Below, one piece after another: positions 19,299-29,480 of a stretch of DNA of 64,000 bases. How positions within the stretch are numbered: the stretch's first letter is position 1; every line of letters starts with the position of its first letter. This DNA comes from Myxococcota bacterium. Lineage in GTDB: Bacteria; Myxococcota_A; UBA9160; SZUA-336. Made by a program: the position numbers and the translations under genes. The stretch spans positions 96,001 to 160,000 of the forward strand of contig CBDFGR010000001.1 of NCBI GenBank assembly GCA_965247115.1, in the 5' to 3' direction. The notes beneath the pieces were generated by a model. The model had not been told where the DNA came from. It saw only the letters and a list, made by a program, of their open reading frames with translations, and searched no databases.

Positions 19299-21848
19299 AT
19301 GGAGGATGATGTGAGACGACGGGGAGTCTGGCGTAGCCGACGGGGTGGGGGTGGTGCGAACCCATTGCTGGAGCGCCTGCAGCAGCTGAAGCGACTCGGT
19401 CTCTTCGATGTGCGAGCACTCGAGAGGCTTCCCGGAGTCCCCGAAGGAATCGAGCTCGGCTGCGGGCGTCGTGACGACCGTTCTCTGGCCATCGTCGCCA
19501 GCAATCGCGATGGCCTGGATCTACCCGGCTGGGCAGCCGTGGCAGCGCTGCGAGCCGAGGAAGATCAGCCCGTGCATGAGGTGATGATCGCGGCACCGCT
19601 ACTGGGCCCGCGAACGCGCCAGGCGGCGCGCCGCGCGAGCGAATCCGGACCCGCATTCCTGCTGCTCTCGGTGCCCGGGCTGGCCTCCGCGTCGCAGGAG
19701 ATCTTCGCCCTCGCATCTTCAAGCGGCGGACGCCTCGAAGCGCCGCTGGACCCGTCCTCTCCCGTCGTCACGCGAGTGGCTCGCGTGATCGAGGGTGCCG
19801 TGGCGGTCACGTCTTCCGGTGGGGTCCGGGCTACGAGCGACGGGCATGCCATCTATCTGCGCGGCGAGCGGGTCGGCGTGATCGTGCGCGAGGGCGAGGG
19901 TGCTGCGGTGACAATGCTGACGCCCGACCGACATCGCATTCACGTCACGGAGGGCAACTTCGCTCGCTGGGGTCCGGACCTGCACGAGATGATCGTCCAG
20001 CTCGCACAGGACCCCCGCTTGCTGGAGAGCGACGCCGCCGGGCACTCGCGCGCGTTCGAGCGAGAGGCGGAAAGGGTGGGGGCCCGTATCACGACTCGCT
20101 GGATCCCATGGAACGACGAGGGCAGCGATCCGCTCGACTGGGCAGGTGTGGACGCGTCAGGGCATGCCCTCCTCGGTGCCAGTGGAACGAGCCTTGGGCT
20201 CGCCGACGTCCCGCGACTCCGGGCCGGTCTGCACCTGCTCGAGGCGGAGCGCGAGCTTTGGGTGCCCGGCTCGAATGGCCCGCCCCGGCTCGCCACCGCG
20301 TACGACCAGGTGGACTCCGAGGCGCGTACCCTGCTGGGTTCCGCCCTCGTCGAGCGCGCGCCCGGACCCATGGACGAAGAGGCGGACGAGATCCAGGAGC
20401 CCAGACCCCGGCGGGGTCGGCGGCGCTCCCGGCGTAGGCGGCGCGGACGCGCGGAAGAGGGCGACCGCGAGGAGACGAGCCGCGCGGATGCCGAGGTCGA
20501 GGGTGCAGCCGACGAGTCTCCCTCCGTCTCCGATGACGTCGAGTCCGGATCCGGGTTCGACGTTCGCGAAGAGCCGGAGGCTGCGTTCGAAGAAGCCGAG
20601 GCGCCGCGAGAGGAGCCGCGCCGCTCGAGAAGTCGCCGCTCCCGAGGCCGGCGCGGAAGACCGGAGCGGGGCGCAGCCACGACCGAGCAGGCCGCCGAAC
20701 CGGCCGCGGCCAGGGACGCGGTCGAGCCACCAGAAGAGGAGTCCGAGCCTCTAGAAGCAGAGGCAGAACGACCGGTGGAAGTGGCTCTCGAGGCGCCGGA
20801 GACGGACGAGCAGCCTGAGGGCGTCGACCTCGAAATCGAGGCTGCCCTGGCGGAAGCCGAGGAGCCCGCCGCTGCGGAGGACGAGCCGGTCCTCCGGCGG
20901 CGCTCCCGCGCAGCGATCATCGTGCGCGACGAGCCGGACAGTGTCCTCGCCGCCCTGGTGCTCGCTCGCGAGCGGCGCAGTGTCGTCTCGTTCCGGGTCT
21001 GCCCGCAGGACGGGCTGATGGATTTCTTTCGCGGCCCCGCTACGGATATCCCAGAGAACACGGACGTGCTCCTGGTTGGCTTCACCTGCCATCCACACCC
21101 GACAGATACCCTCAACACCGCGGAGCTGTTCCGCGGGCGCCTGCGCTGGTTCGACCACCACGAGTGGGCGGTTGAGGACATGGAGCGGCTCCGCCGCGCG
21201 ATCGGAGAGGAGGCGACCCTGATCGTGGAGGGAGCGGCGAGCCCGCTCGCTGCCATTCTGCGCACGGCTGAGCGTCGGAGTCGGTTCACCGACAAGCTCG
21301 TTGAGCTCTCGGCGCGACGCCTGGCTGAGGGCGACATGGAGAAGTGGGGCTACCGGGTCATGGGGCTGGTCGACAAGATGGCGACCAAGCCCGGCGAGTA
21401 TCGCAACGAGATCTCTCCGCTGCTATCCGGAAAGCCCGGGGACCTGCCAAGCTCCGACTCGGTCTATCGCGAAGAGGCCGAGTGGGTGAAGGAGAACGAT
21501 CCCCGCATTGTCCATTTCGGCGAATATCAGCTTGCTGTAGTTCGGGTGCCGAACGGGCTCGATGCCGGTGAGGTGGGGCGGCGGGTGCGCATGAGTACTG
21601 GTGCGCGTCTCTCCCTTTCAAGCCGCGAGGGCGAGGACCTGCTGCTGATCGGCTGCAACGAGGAGAAGCGACCGATCAACGTGCTGGGTCTCGCGGACCA
21701 AGTCGGCGCACGCGTTTCGTGGGCGGAGACCAAGCCCGGAGGGGACCGGGTGGGTCGGATCCGCGTGGCGGAGCTCGACAGCCACCCCGACCGCATCGAG
21801 ACGCTGATCGGCGAGATCGTCCGCAACCGCTCCATCCTGTATGGCTAG
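19299..21848 (+). CDS. Large hypothetical protein: globular N-domains, Arg/Glu-rich disordered linker, degenerate DHH-like C-domain
   Basis: ~850-aa ORF; LRWFDHHEW; RRRSRRRRRG tracts; start uncertain. Confidence 0.75.
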   Translation: MEDDVRRRGVWRSRRGGGGANPLLERLQQLKRLGLFDVRALERLPGVPEGIELGCGRRDDRSLAIVASNRDGLDLPGWAAVAALRAEEDQPVHEVMIAAPLLGPRTRQAARRASESGPAFLLLSVPGLASASQEIFALASSSGGRLEAPLDPSSPVVTRVARVIEGAVAVTSSGGVRATSDGHAIYLRGERVGVIVREGEGAAVTMLTPDRHRIHVTEGNFARWGPDLHEMIVQLAQDPRLLESDAAGHSRAFEREAERVGARITTRWIPWNDEGSDPLDWAGVDASGHALLGASGTSLGLADVPRLRAGLHLLEAERELWVPGSNGPPRLATAYDQVDSEARTLLGSALVERAPGPMDEEADEIQEPRPRRGRRRSRRRRRGRAEEGDREETSRADAEVEGAADESPSVSDDVESGSGFDVREEPEAAFEEAEAPREEPRRSRSRRSRGRRGRPERGAATTEQAAEPAAARDAVEPPEEESEPLEAEAERPVEVALEAPETDEQPEGVDLEIEAALAEAEEPAAAEDEPVLRRRSRAAIIVRDEPDSVLAALVLARERRSVVSFRVCPQDGLMDFFRGPATDIPENTDVLLVGFTCHPHPTDTLNTAELFRGRLRWFDHHEWAVEDMERLRRAIGEEATLIVEGAASPLAAILRTAERRSRFTDKLVELSARRLAEGDMEKWGYRVMGLVDKMATKPGEYRNEISPLLSGKPGDLPSSDSVYREEAEWVKENDPRIVHFGEYQLAVVRVPNGLDAGEVGRRVRMSTGARLSLSSREGEDLLLIGCNEEKRPINVLGLADQVGARVSWAETKPGGDRVGRIRVAELDSHPDRIETLIGEIVRNRSILYG

Positions 21849-22533
21849 CGGGCGCGGCGCCGACGCCCAGAGTCTGCTCGTCAAGGAGATCTATCGCTCC
21901 ATTCAGGGAGAGTCTAGCCTCGCGGGCTGGCCCTGCAGCTTCGTGCGGACGACCGGCTGCGACATTCGCTGCGTCTACTGCGACGAGGAGCACGCCTTTC
22001 GAGGCGGCGAGCGGCTGACACTCGACGAGATTGTAAAGCGCGTAGAGGCGCTGGAGGTGAGCGGGCTCGTGCCGGGACCCACGAGGCTCGTGGAGATCAC
22101 GGGGGGCGAGCCCCTGCTCCAGCGCGGCGTGCCCGAGCTGGCGCGACGTCTGCTCGACTCGGGCTGCGAGGTGCTGATCGAGAGCGGGGGGCACCGCGAC
22201 ATCACGGAGCTCGACCCCCGGACTCGACTCATCCTCGACGTCAAGACTCCTGGGAGTGGCATGGTCGAGCACAATCATCTCGAGAACCTGACGCGCCTCC
22301 GCGAGCGCGACGAGCTCAAGTTCGTGCTGTGCGACCGCACCGACTACGAATGGGCACGCTCGTTCCTGCGCGAGCACCCTCTAGATGCCCGGATCCCCGT
22401 GCACTTCTCGCCGGTCCACCCTGGCCTTGCGCCGGACGAGCTCTGCGCCTGGATCCTTGCAGACGGACTGCCCGTGCGGCTCAACCTGCAGCTGCACAAG
22501 TACATCTGGGGGTCTGACGCCCGCGGCGTCTAG
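21841..22533 (+). CDS. queE: 7-carboxy-7-deazaguanine synthase (radical SAM)
   Basis: EIYRSIQGES, CDIRCVYCD, TGGEPLLQ, QLHKYIW. Confidence 0.93.
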   Translation: MASGRGADAQSLLVKEIYRSIQGESSLAGWPCSFVRTTGCDIRCVYCDEEHAFRGGERLTLDEIVKRVEALEVSGLVPGPTRLVEITGGEPLLQRGVPELARRLLDSGCEVLIESGGHRDITELDPRTRLILDVKTPGSGMVEHNHLENLTRLRERDELKFVLCDRTDYEWARSFLREHPLDARIPVHFSPVHPGLAPDELCAWILADGLPVRLNLQLHKYIWGSDARGV

Positions 22534-22632
22534 TCTTGTGGGACCCGGCCGCGGGCGGCCGCGGCCACCCACCTTCGCTCAGGGCTACGCCCTTCGCTGC
22601 GCGCGGCGCGGTTCGCGCCGCTTGCTGGGTGC
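22533..22632 (+). repeat. REP-like three-hairpin element, copy 2
   Basis: Same consensus as copy 1; starts at the queE stop codon. Confidence 0.9.
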
Positions 22633-22714
22633 TCTTACTGGCGTGCGGCTGCCCACTCTCGCTTCTTTGTGGCACGCGTCTCGTGCGGCGTTTTCGCGGG
22701 GACGGCGGGGGGAG

Positions 22715-24600
<1,886 letters not shown>

Positions 24601-24715
24601 GGAGCGGCTGTTGCCGCGCGGCGCCGTATCGTAGCCGCGCCCAGCTGCAGGATCCATTATGTTCCGCCGCAGCGCCGCGTGAGGCGCCAGAACCCTCCCC
24701 CGTAGGAGCGAGCTC

Positions 24716-26209
24716 GTGGAATCTACCGAGGGACTCTTCGCCCAGCTCGAGAGCCTCTTCAACAGCGGTGTCGTGGGCCCCCTGGCCGGGGTGCTCTTCT
24801 GGGACCTGGCATTCTGGGATAACGCCGGCGCGGACACGATCCAGCTACCCATCGTTGTGGCCTGGCTGGTTTTCGGGGCGGTCTTCTTCACGCTGCGCTT
24901 CCAGTTCGTGAACTTTCGCGCCTTCCGTCACGCCATCGACTGCGTGCGGGGGGTCTACTCGCAGCCGGGCGAGACCGGCGAGATCTCGCACTTCCAGGCC
25001 CTCTCCGCTGCGCTGTCCGCCACCGTCGGCCTGGGCAACATCGCCGGGGTGGCGATCGCCGTCGGAGTCGGCGGGCCCGGGGCCGTCTTCTGGATGATCG
25101 TGGCTGGCTTCCTCGGCATGAGCTCCAAGTTCGCGGAGTGCACCCTCGGCCAGAAGTACCGCGTCGTGCGACCGGACGGTCACGTATCGGGCGGGCCCAT
25201 GCACTACCTGCGCGACGGTCTGGCGGAGCTCGGTCTGCCACGACTGGGAAGGGGCCTCGCCCTGATCTTCGCGGTCATGTGCGTGGGCGGGAGCTTCGGC
25301 GGCGGCAACATGTTCCAGTCGAACCAGTCGTATGCGCAGGTCGCGGTGGTGCTCCCGTTCTTGTCGGGAGAGCTAGGCGCAGCCGTCTTCGGTCTGCTGC
25401 TCGCCGTCCTGGTCGGGCTCGTGATCATTGGCGGGATCCGGCGCATCGGCGAGGTCGCTGGCTACCTCGTGCCCGTGATGTGTTCGGTCTACGTGGTCTG
25501 CGGCCTGTTGATCCTGATGGTGCACGCCACGTCGATTCCCGAGGCCTTCGGCATTATCTTGAGCCACGCCTTCTCGCTCGAGGCGGGCTTCGGGGGCTTC
25601 CTTGGTGTCCTGATCCAGGGCTTCCGCCGCGCGGCCTTCAGCAACGAGGCGGGCATCGGCTCGGCGTCGATCGCTCACTCGGCGGCGCGCACAGAGGAGC
25701 CGGTGCGAGAGGGCGTCGTCGCCCTGCTCGAGCCCTTCATCGACACGATCGTTGTCTGCACGATGACCGGCCTCGTGGTCGTGGTGACCGGCGCGTACGC
25801 GGATCCGGCTGCGGGCACGGGCATCCAGATGACTTCCTTCGCGTTCGCCAGCGTGCTGCCCTGGTTCCCGGTCGTGCTCTCGGTCACGGCGGTGCTCTTC
25901 GCGTTCAGCACGATGATCTCTTGGAGCTACTACGGGGAGCAGTGCTGGGCGCAGCTGTTCGGGCTGCGCTCGACCATCGTCTTCAAGGCCCTCTTCGTGC
26001 TGTGTACGTGGCTTGGTGCGATCTTCCAGGCGCAGGCGGTGCTGGATTTCGGAGACCTGATGGTCCTGGGGATGGCGTTTCCGAACATCACTGGGGTGCT
26101 GCTGCTGTCGGGAAAGATCAGGACGGATCTGGAGATGTATATGGAGCGCTTGAGGGCAGGGGGGTTCACCAGGTATCGGGACGCTGCGCCTGCGCTGGCT
26201 GGCGACTAG
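24716..26209 (+). CDS. Alanine/glycine:cation symporter (AGCS family)
   Basis: SATVGLGNIAGVA, GGPGAVFWM, AAFSNEAGIGS, EPFIDTIVVC. Confidence 0.95.
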   Translation: MESTEGLFAQLESLFNSGVVGPLAGVLFWDLAFWDNAGADTIQLPIVVAWLVFGAVFFTLRFQFVNFRAFRHAIDCVRGVYSQPGETGEISHFQALSAALSATVGLGNIAGVAIAVGVGGPGAVFWMIVAGFLGMSSKFAECTLGQKYRVVRPDGHVSGGPMHYLRDGLAELGLPRLGRGLALIFAVMCVGGSFGGGNMFQSNQSYAQVAVVLPFLSGELGAAVFGLLLAVLVGLVIIGGIRRIGEVAGYLVPVMCSVYVVCGLLILMVHATSIPEAFGIILSHAFSLEAGFGGFLGVLIQGFRRAAFSNEAGIGSASIAHSAARTEEPVREGVVALLEPFIDTIVVCTMTGLVVVVTGAYADPAAGTGIQMTSFAFASVLPWFPVVLSVTAVLFAFSTMISWSYYGEQCWAQLFGLRSTIVFKALFVLCTWLGAIFQAQAVLDFGDLMVLGMAFPNITGVLLLSGKIRTDLEMYMERLRAGGFTRYRDAAPALAGD

Positions 26210-26240
26210 AGGGCGGCGGTTCCTGGGTCGGGCTGTATAG

Positions 26241-26864
26241 TTGGTGCTGGTGAAGAAGGATCATGCCGGTGGGGGGCGGCAGCTGCTGGTGTACGAGCCG
26301 GATGGGCTCGTGTGCGAGCGGGTGCGGCAGATGGCTCGGGCGGAGGGGTTTCGCAGCTGCGGGGTGGACGACATCGGGCTGTTCCGGCAGCTCCAAGCCG
26401 AGGTCCCCTTCGAGCTGTTCGTGGTGGGAGTTCGCAGCCCTGAGGAGCTCGAGGAGCTTGACCTGCGCGAGAAGCTGCAGCCGCTCGTGCTACTCGCGCC
26501 GCTCTTCGAGCAGAGCTCGTCTACATATTATCGTGTCGCTCTTCCCGATGCGCTGCTCGTGGATCGAGGGCTCCGAGATCCCGACGCCATTCGGCGCGTG
26601 TTGGGAGTGCAACGAGTCCACAGGCCAGAGCAGCCCGAGGGCGACGCGGTGCGCCGCACCTTCGGACCCTTTGGATTGTCAGAGCGCCAGCTCGAGGTGC
26701 TGGGTCGTGCCCTCCTGGGTGAGACGAGTGCGGAGGTGGCGCGCAAGCTCTTCATCAGCGAGCTCACCGTCCGCAACCACCTTCACGCCATCTACGAGCG
26801 CATCGGCGTCAGCGGCCGCCGGGAGCTACTGGGCCGCTTCGTACAGGCTCTGATCGAGGCGTGA
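26241..26864 (+). CDS. LuxR-family HTH regulator with a degenerate receiver-like N-terminus
   Basis: LSERQLEVL...VARKLFISELTVRNHLHAIYERIGV. Confidence 0.85.
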   Translation: MVLVKKDHAGGGRQLLVYEPDGLVCERVRQMARAEGFRSCGVDDIGLFRQLQAEVPFELFVVGVRSPEELEELDLREKLQPLVLLAPLFEQSSSTYYRVALPDALLVDRGLRDPDAIRRVLGVQRVHRPEQPEGDAVRRTFGPFGLSERQLEVLGRALLGETSAEVARKLFISELTVRNHLHAIYERIGVSGRRELLGRFVQALIEA

Positions 26865-26871
26865 CTTGTGG

Positions 26872-26965
26872 GTCTTGTGGGACCCGGCCGCGGGCGGCCG
26901 CGGCCACCCACCTCCGCTCAGGCCGAAGGCCTTCGCTGCGCGCGCCGCGTTCCGCGGCGCTTGCA
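26872..26965 (+). repeat. REP-like three-hairpin element, copy 3
   Basis: Same consensus; tail motif GCGCTTGC reiterated up to ~27010. Confidence 0.9.
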
Positions 26966-27035
26966 AAGGAGTCCGCGCGCTTGCGGGGGAGGTCCCGCGG
27001 GGCGCTTGCAAGGGTGGGGTGGTCGTGGCGGTGGG

Positions 27036-27791
27036 TTAGAGGAGTTTCAGGTACTCGATGAGTTGGTGGCGCTCGATGTCGTTGAGCTCGACGTCTGTTT
27101 CCCGGAGCATGGCGTCGGTGACGGACTCCAGGGTTGGCCAGCGGCCGTCGTGGCCGTAGGGAGGGGTGGAGGTGAGGCCGCGCAGGGTCGGGGTGTCGAT
27201 CTTTAGGCCCGTTCCCATGTCGTGGCGCTCGGGAAGTGTGAAGGCGGGGGCAGGGTGACAGTCATCGCAGGCCGCCTTCTTGTATACGGCGGCGCCCCGC
27301 CGGGAAGACAGTGTGGCCGGCTCTATGGGAGTGCCGTCGGGCTCGAGGCGGCCGCGGTCGAACGGCTCGAAGGCCAGCACGTAGGCCTCGAGCGCCGCGA
27401 GGTCGTAGTCGGCGAGGGTGGAGCCGCCCATCTCGATGGACAGCATGCGCTTCAGAGTGGAGCGGACGTCAGCGAGGCTGCCGTCCCACAGGTACGGTGG
27501 CGTCTGCCACAGGCCGCGCAGGGCGGGCACGTTGCGGGCGCCGGGAGTGCCGGGCTCGACCTCGACGCCGGCTCGGTAGGTGAGTCCGTTCGAGCCCCCG
27601 CCGGGATGGCAACTGGCGCAAGGGCGCTGGCCATCCGCCGAAGTGCGGGGATCCATGAAGACGAAGGCTCCGCGCTGCACGAGGTCCGGGTTGAGCGCGG
27701 GCGGCTCCAGCGGAACGATGGGCGGTGTCTCGCAGCCGACGAGCAGCCACGGGACCAGCAAGAGAAGTCTAGCTCTGCTCCAGCAGCGCAT
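27036..27791 (-). CDS. Di-heme cytochrome c peroxidase/MauG-like lipoprotein
   Basis: CASCH and CDDCH, RNVPALRGL...PYLWDGS, TPTLRGL...PYGHDG; lipobox LVGC. Confidence 0.8.
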   Translation of the reverse strand: MRCWSRARLLLLVPWLLVGCETPPIVPLEPPALNPDLVQRGAFVFMDPRTSADGQRPCASCHPGGGSNGLTYRAGVEVEPGTPGARNVPALRGLWQTPPYLWDGSLADVRSTLKRMLSIEMGGSTLADYDLAALEAYVLAFEPFDRGRLEPDGTPIEPATLSSRRGAAVYKKAACDDCHPAPAFTLPERHDMGTGLKIDTPTLRGLTSTPPYGHDGRWPTLESVTDAMLRETDVELNDIERHQLIEYLKLL

Positions 27792-29250
27792 GCTTCTGCA
27801 CCTTCCCCGAGGCTGTACGAGGCAACTCGGCCACGACGACCACGTCGAGTGGAACCTTGAACGCCGCCAGTCGCTTTCGCGTCCACTCGAGAAGCTCGGC
27901 CGTGTCGAGGGGGGGGTGGGCGGGAACGACGTACGCGCGGCCGCTTTCGCCCCAGCGGTCGTCCGGAACCCCGACCACGGCCACCTCCGACACGTTCTCA
28001 TGCCCCTCCACGACACGCTCCACCTCGGCAGGATAGACGTTCTCTCCGCCGCTGATGAAGAGCTCTGCGCGGCGGCCGACGAGAGTGACGAACCCGTCCT
28101 CGTCCATGACTCCGAGATCGCCCGTGCGGTGCCACCCGTCGAGGCGCGAGGCCTCGGTTGCCTCGGGCTGGCCCCAGTAGCCCGACATCACGATCCGACC
28201 GCGGACTAGGATCTCGCCTTCGTGGCCCGGCGTTACCGTGGCGCCCTCCGCATCTGCGATCCGCAGCTCGCAGTTCCCGACCGGCCGGCCCACAGAGCCC
28301 GCGTTTCGGATCACGTCTTCCGTGTCAAGGCAGCAAAGGATCGAGGTCTCGGTCTGGCCGTACCCCTGCTTGAGGCGTACTCCGGCGTCGAAGAAGCGGT
28401 GGATGGTCGCGACGTCGAGCGGCGCTCCCGCGCCGAAGGCGAAGCGCAGGCTCCGCCAGCAGTCTCCGCGTAGGCCGGCCTCGAGCATGCGTCGGTACAT
28501 CACAGGAACGGCTCCGAGCAACGTAGCCTGGTGTCGGCCGATGCACTCCTGCAGCCCGACCGGGTCGAAGCGATCCACCAGCACGATCGTGGCACCCGCG
28601 AACAGCGTCGGCACCGAGAGGATCTTGAGCCCGTACGAGTGGAACAGCGGGACCGGCACCACGACGACGTCCTCGGGCCGCAGTCCCAGGTACACCTCCG
28701 CGTTGAGCGTGTTGCAGAGCGTCTTCCGGTGCGGAAGGACGGCGCCCTTCGGTAGCCCGGTAGTGCCACTCGTGTACATGATCGTCTGCGCCGTCTCCCC
28801 GCCGGCTGCCAACGCGGGCTCCTCCGCGCTCGTGGGTAGCTCCGCACAAAGCTCGTCCGCACTGAGGAGCTCCATGCCGCAGTCGGCTGGCATGTCGACG
28901 TCTCGAGCGCGGATCACGAGGCGCGGCCGACAGTCCTGGATCTGAAAGCCGAGCTCGGGCGGTGCGAGCCGTGTATTCAACGGCACACTGATAGCTCCGA
29001 GCTTCGCCGCGGCGAAGTAGACCGCGAGCGTCAACGGCTCGCTGCGCAGCGCCATCGCCACCCGCTCCCCGAGCCCGACCCCACGCAGCTCCAGGCTGCG
29101 CGCGACCCTGTTCGTGAGTGCATTCAGCTCGCAGTACGAGAAGCACTCCCCGGTCGCCTCGACCGAGATCGCCGGATGCTCCGGTCGCTCCGCGGCGCGA
29201 TGCGTGAGCCAGCTCCCAATGTTCACGTCGGGACGACGAAGAGCATCCAT
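27769..29250 (-). CDS. Acyl-CoA synthetase (AMP-forming; FadD/MenE-like)
   Basis: YTSGTTGLPKG, GYGQTET, TGDLG, GGENVYPAEVE, PRTASGKVQK. Confidence 0.93.
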   Translation of the reverse strand: MDALRRPDVNIGSWLTHRAAERPEHPAISVEATGECFSYCELNALTNRVARSLELRGVGLGERVAMALRSEPLTLAVYFAAAKLGAISVPLNTRLAPPELGFQIQDCRPRLVIRARDVDMPADCGMELLSADELCAELPTSAEEPALAAGGETAQTIMYTSGTTGLPKGAVLPHRKTLCNTLNAEVYLGLRPEDVVVVPVPLFHSYGLKILSVPTLFAGATIVLVDRFDPVGLQECIGRHQATLLGAVPVMYRRMLEAGLRGDCWRSLRFAFGAGAPLDVATIHRFFDAGVRLKQGYGQTETSILCCLDTEDVIRNAGSVGRPVGNCELRIADAEGATVTPGHEGEILVRGRIVMSGYWGQPEATEASRLDGWHRTGDLGVMDEDGFVTLVGRRAELFISGGENVYPAEVERVVEGHENVSEVAVVGVPDDRWGESGRAYVVPAHPPLDTAELLEWTRKRLAAFKVPLDVVVVAELPRTASGKVQKHALLEQS

Positions 29251-29376
29251 GCTCGCGGCAGTATGACTCGCCGCACACCCAACCGCGCAAGCGCCGCGCC
29301 CCACCGGCCAGCTCCCACAGCCAACGCACTCCCCAGTTCAGACTCCGGAGAGAACGGCCAACCTCCTACGGGGCTT

Positions 29377-29480
29377 GGCACCCATGCAAGCGCCGCGGAA
29401 CGCGGCGCGCGCAGCGAAGGGCAAAGCCCTGAGCGAAGGTGGGTGGCCCGCGACCGCTCGCGGGCCGGGTCCCACAAGAC
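29377..29480 (-). repeat. REP-like three-hairpin element, copy 4
   Basis: Reverse complement matches the consensus; abuts the kinase stop codon. Confidence 0.9.

Noticed and set aside
16261..22533. dGTPase + QueE as an anti-phage or 7-deazaguanine DNA-modification (Dpd/Qat) system
   Set aside because: Both look like housekeeping forms in core context; no dpdA, queC or qat partners are in the window.
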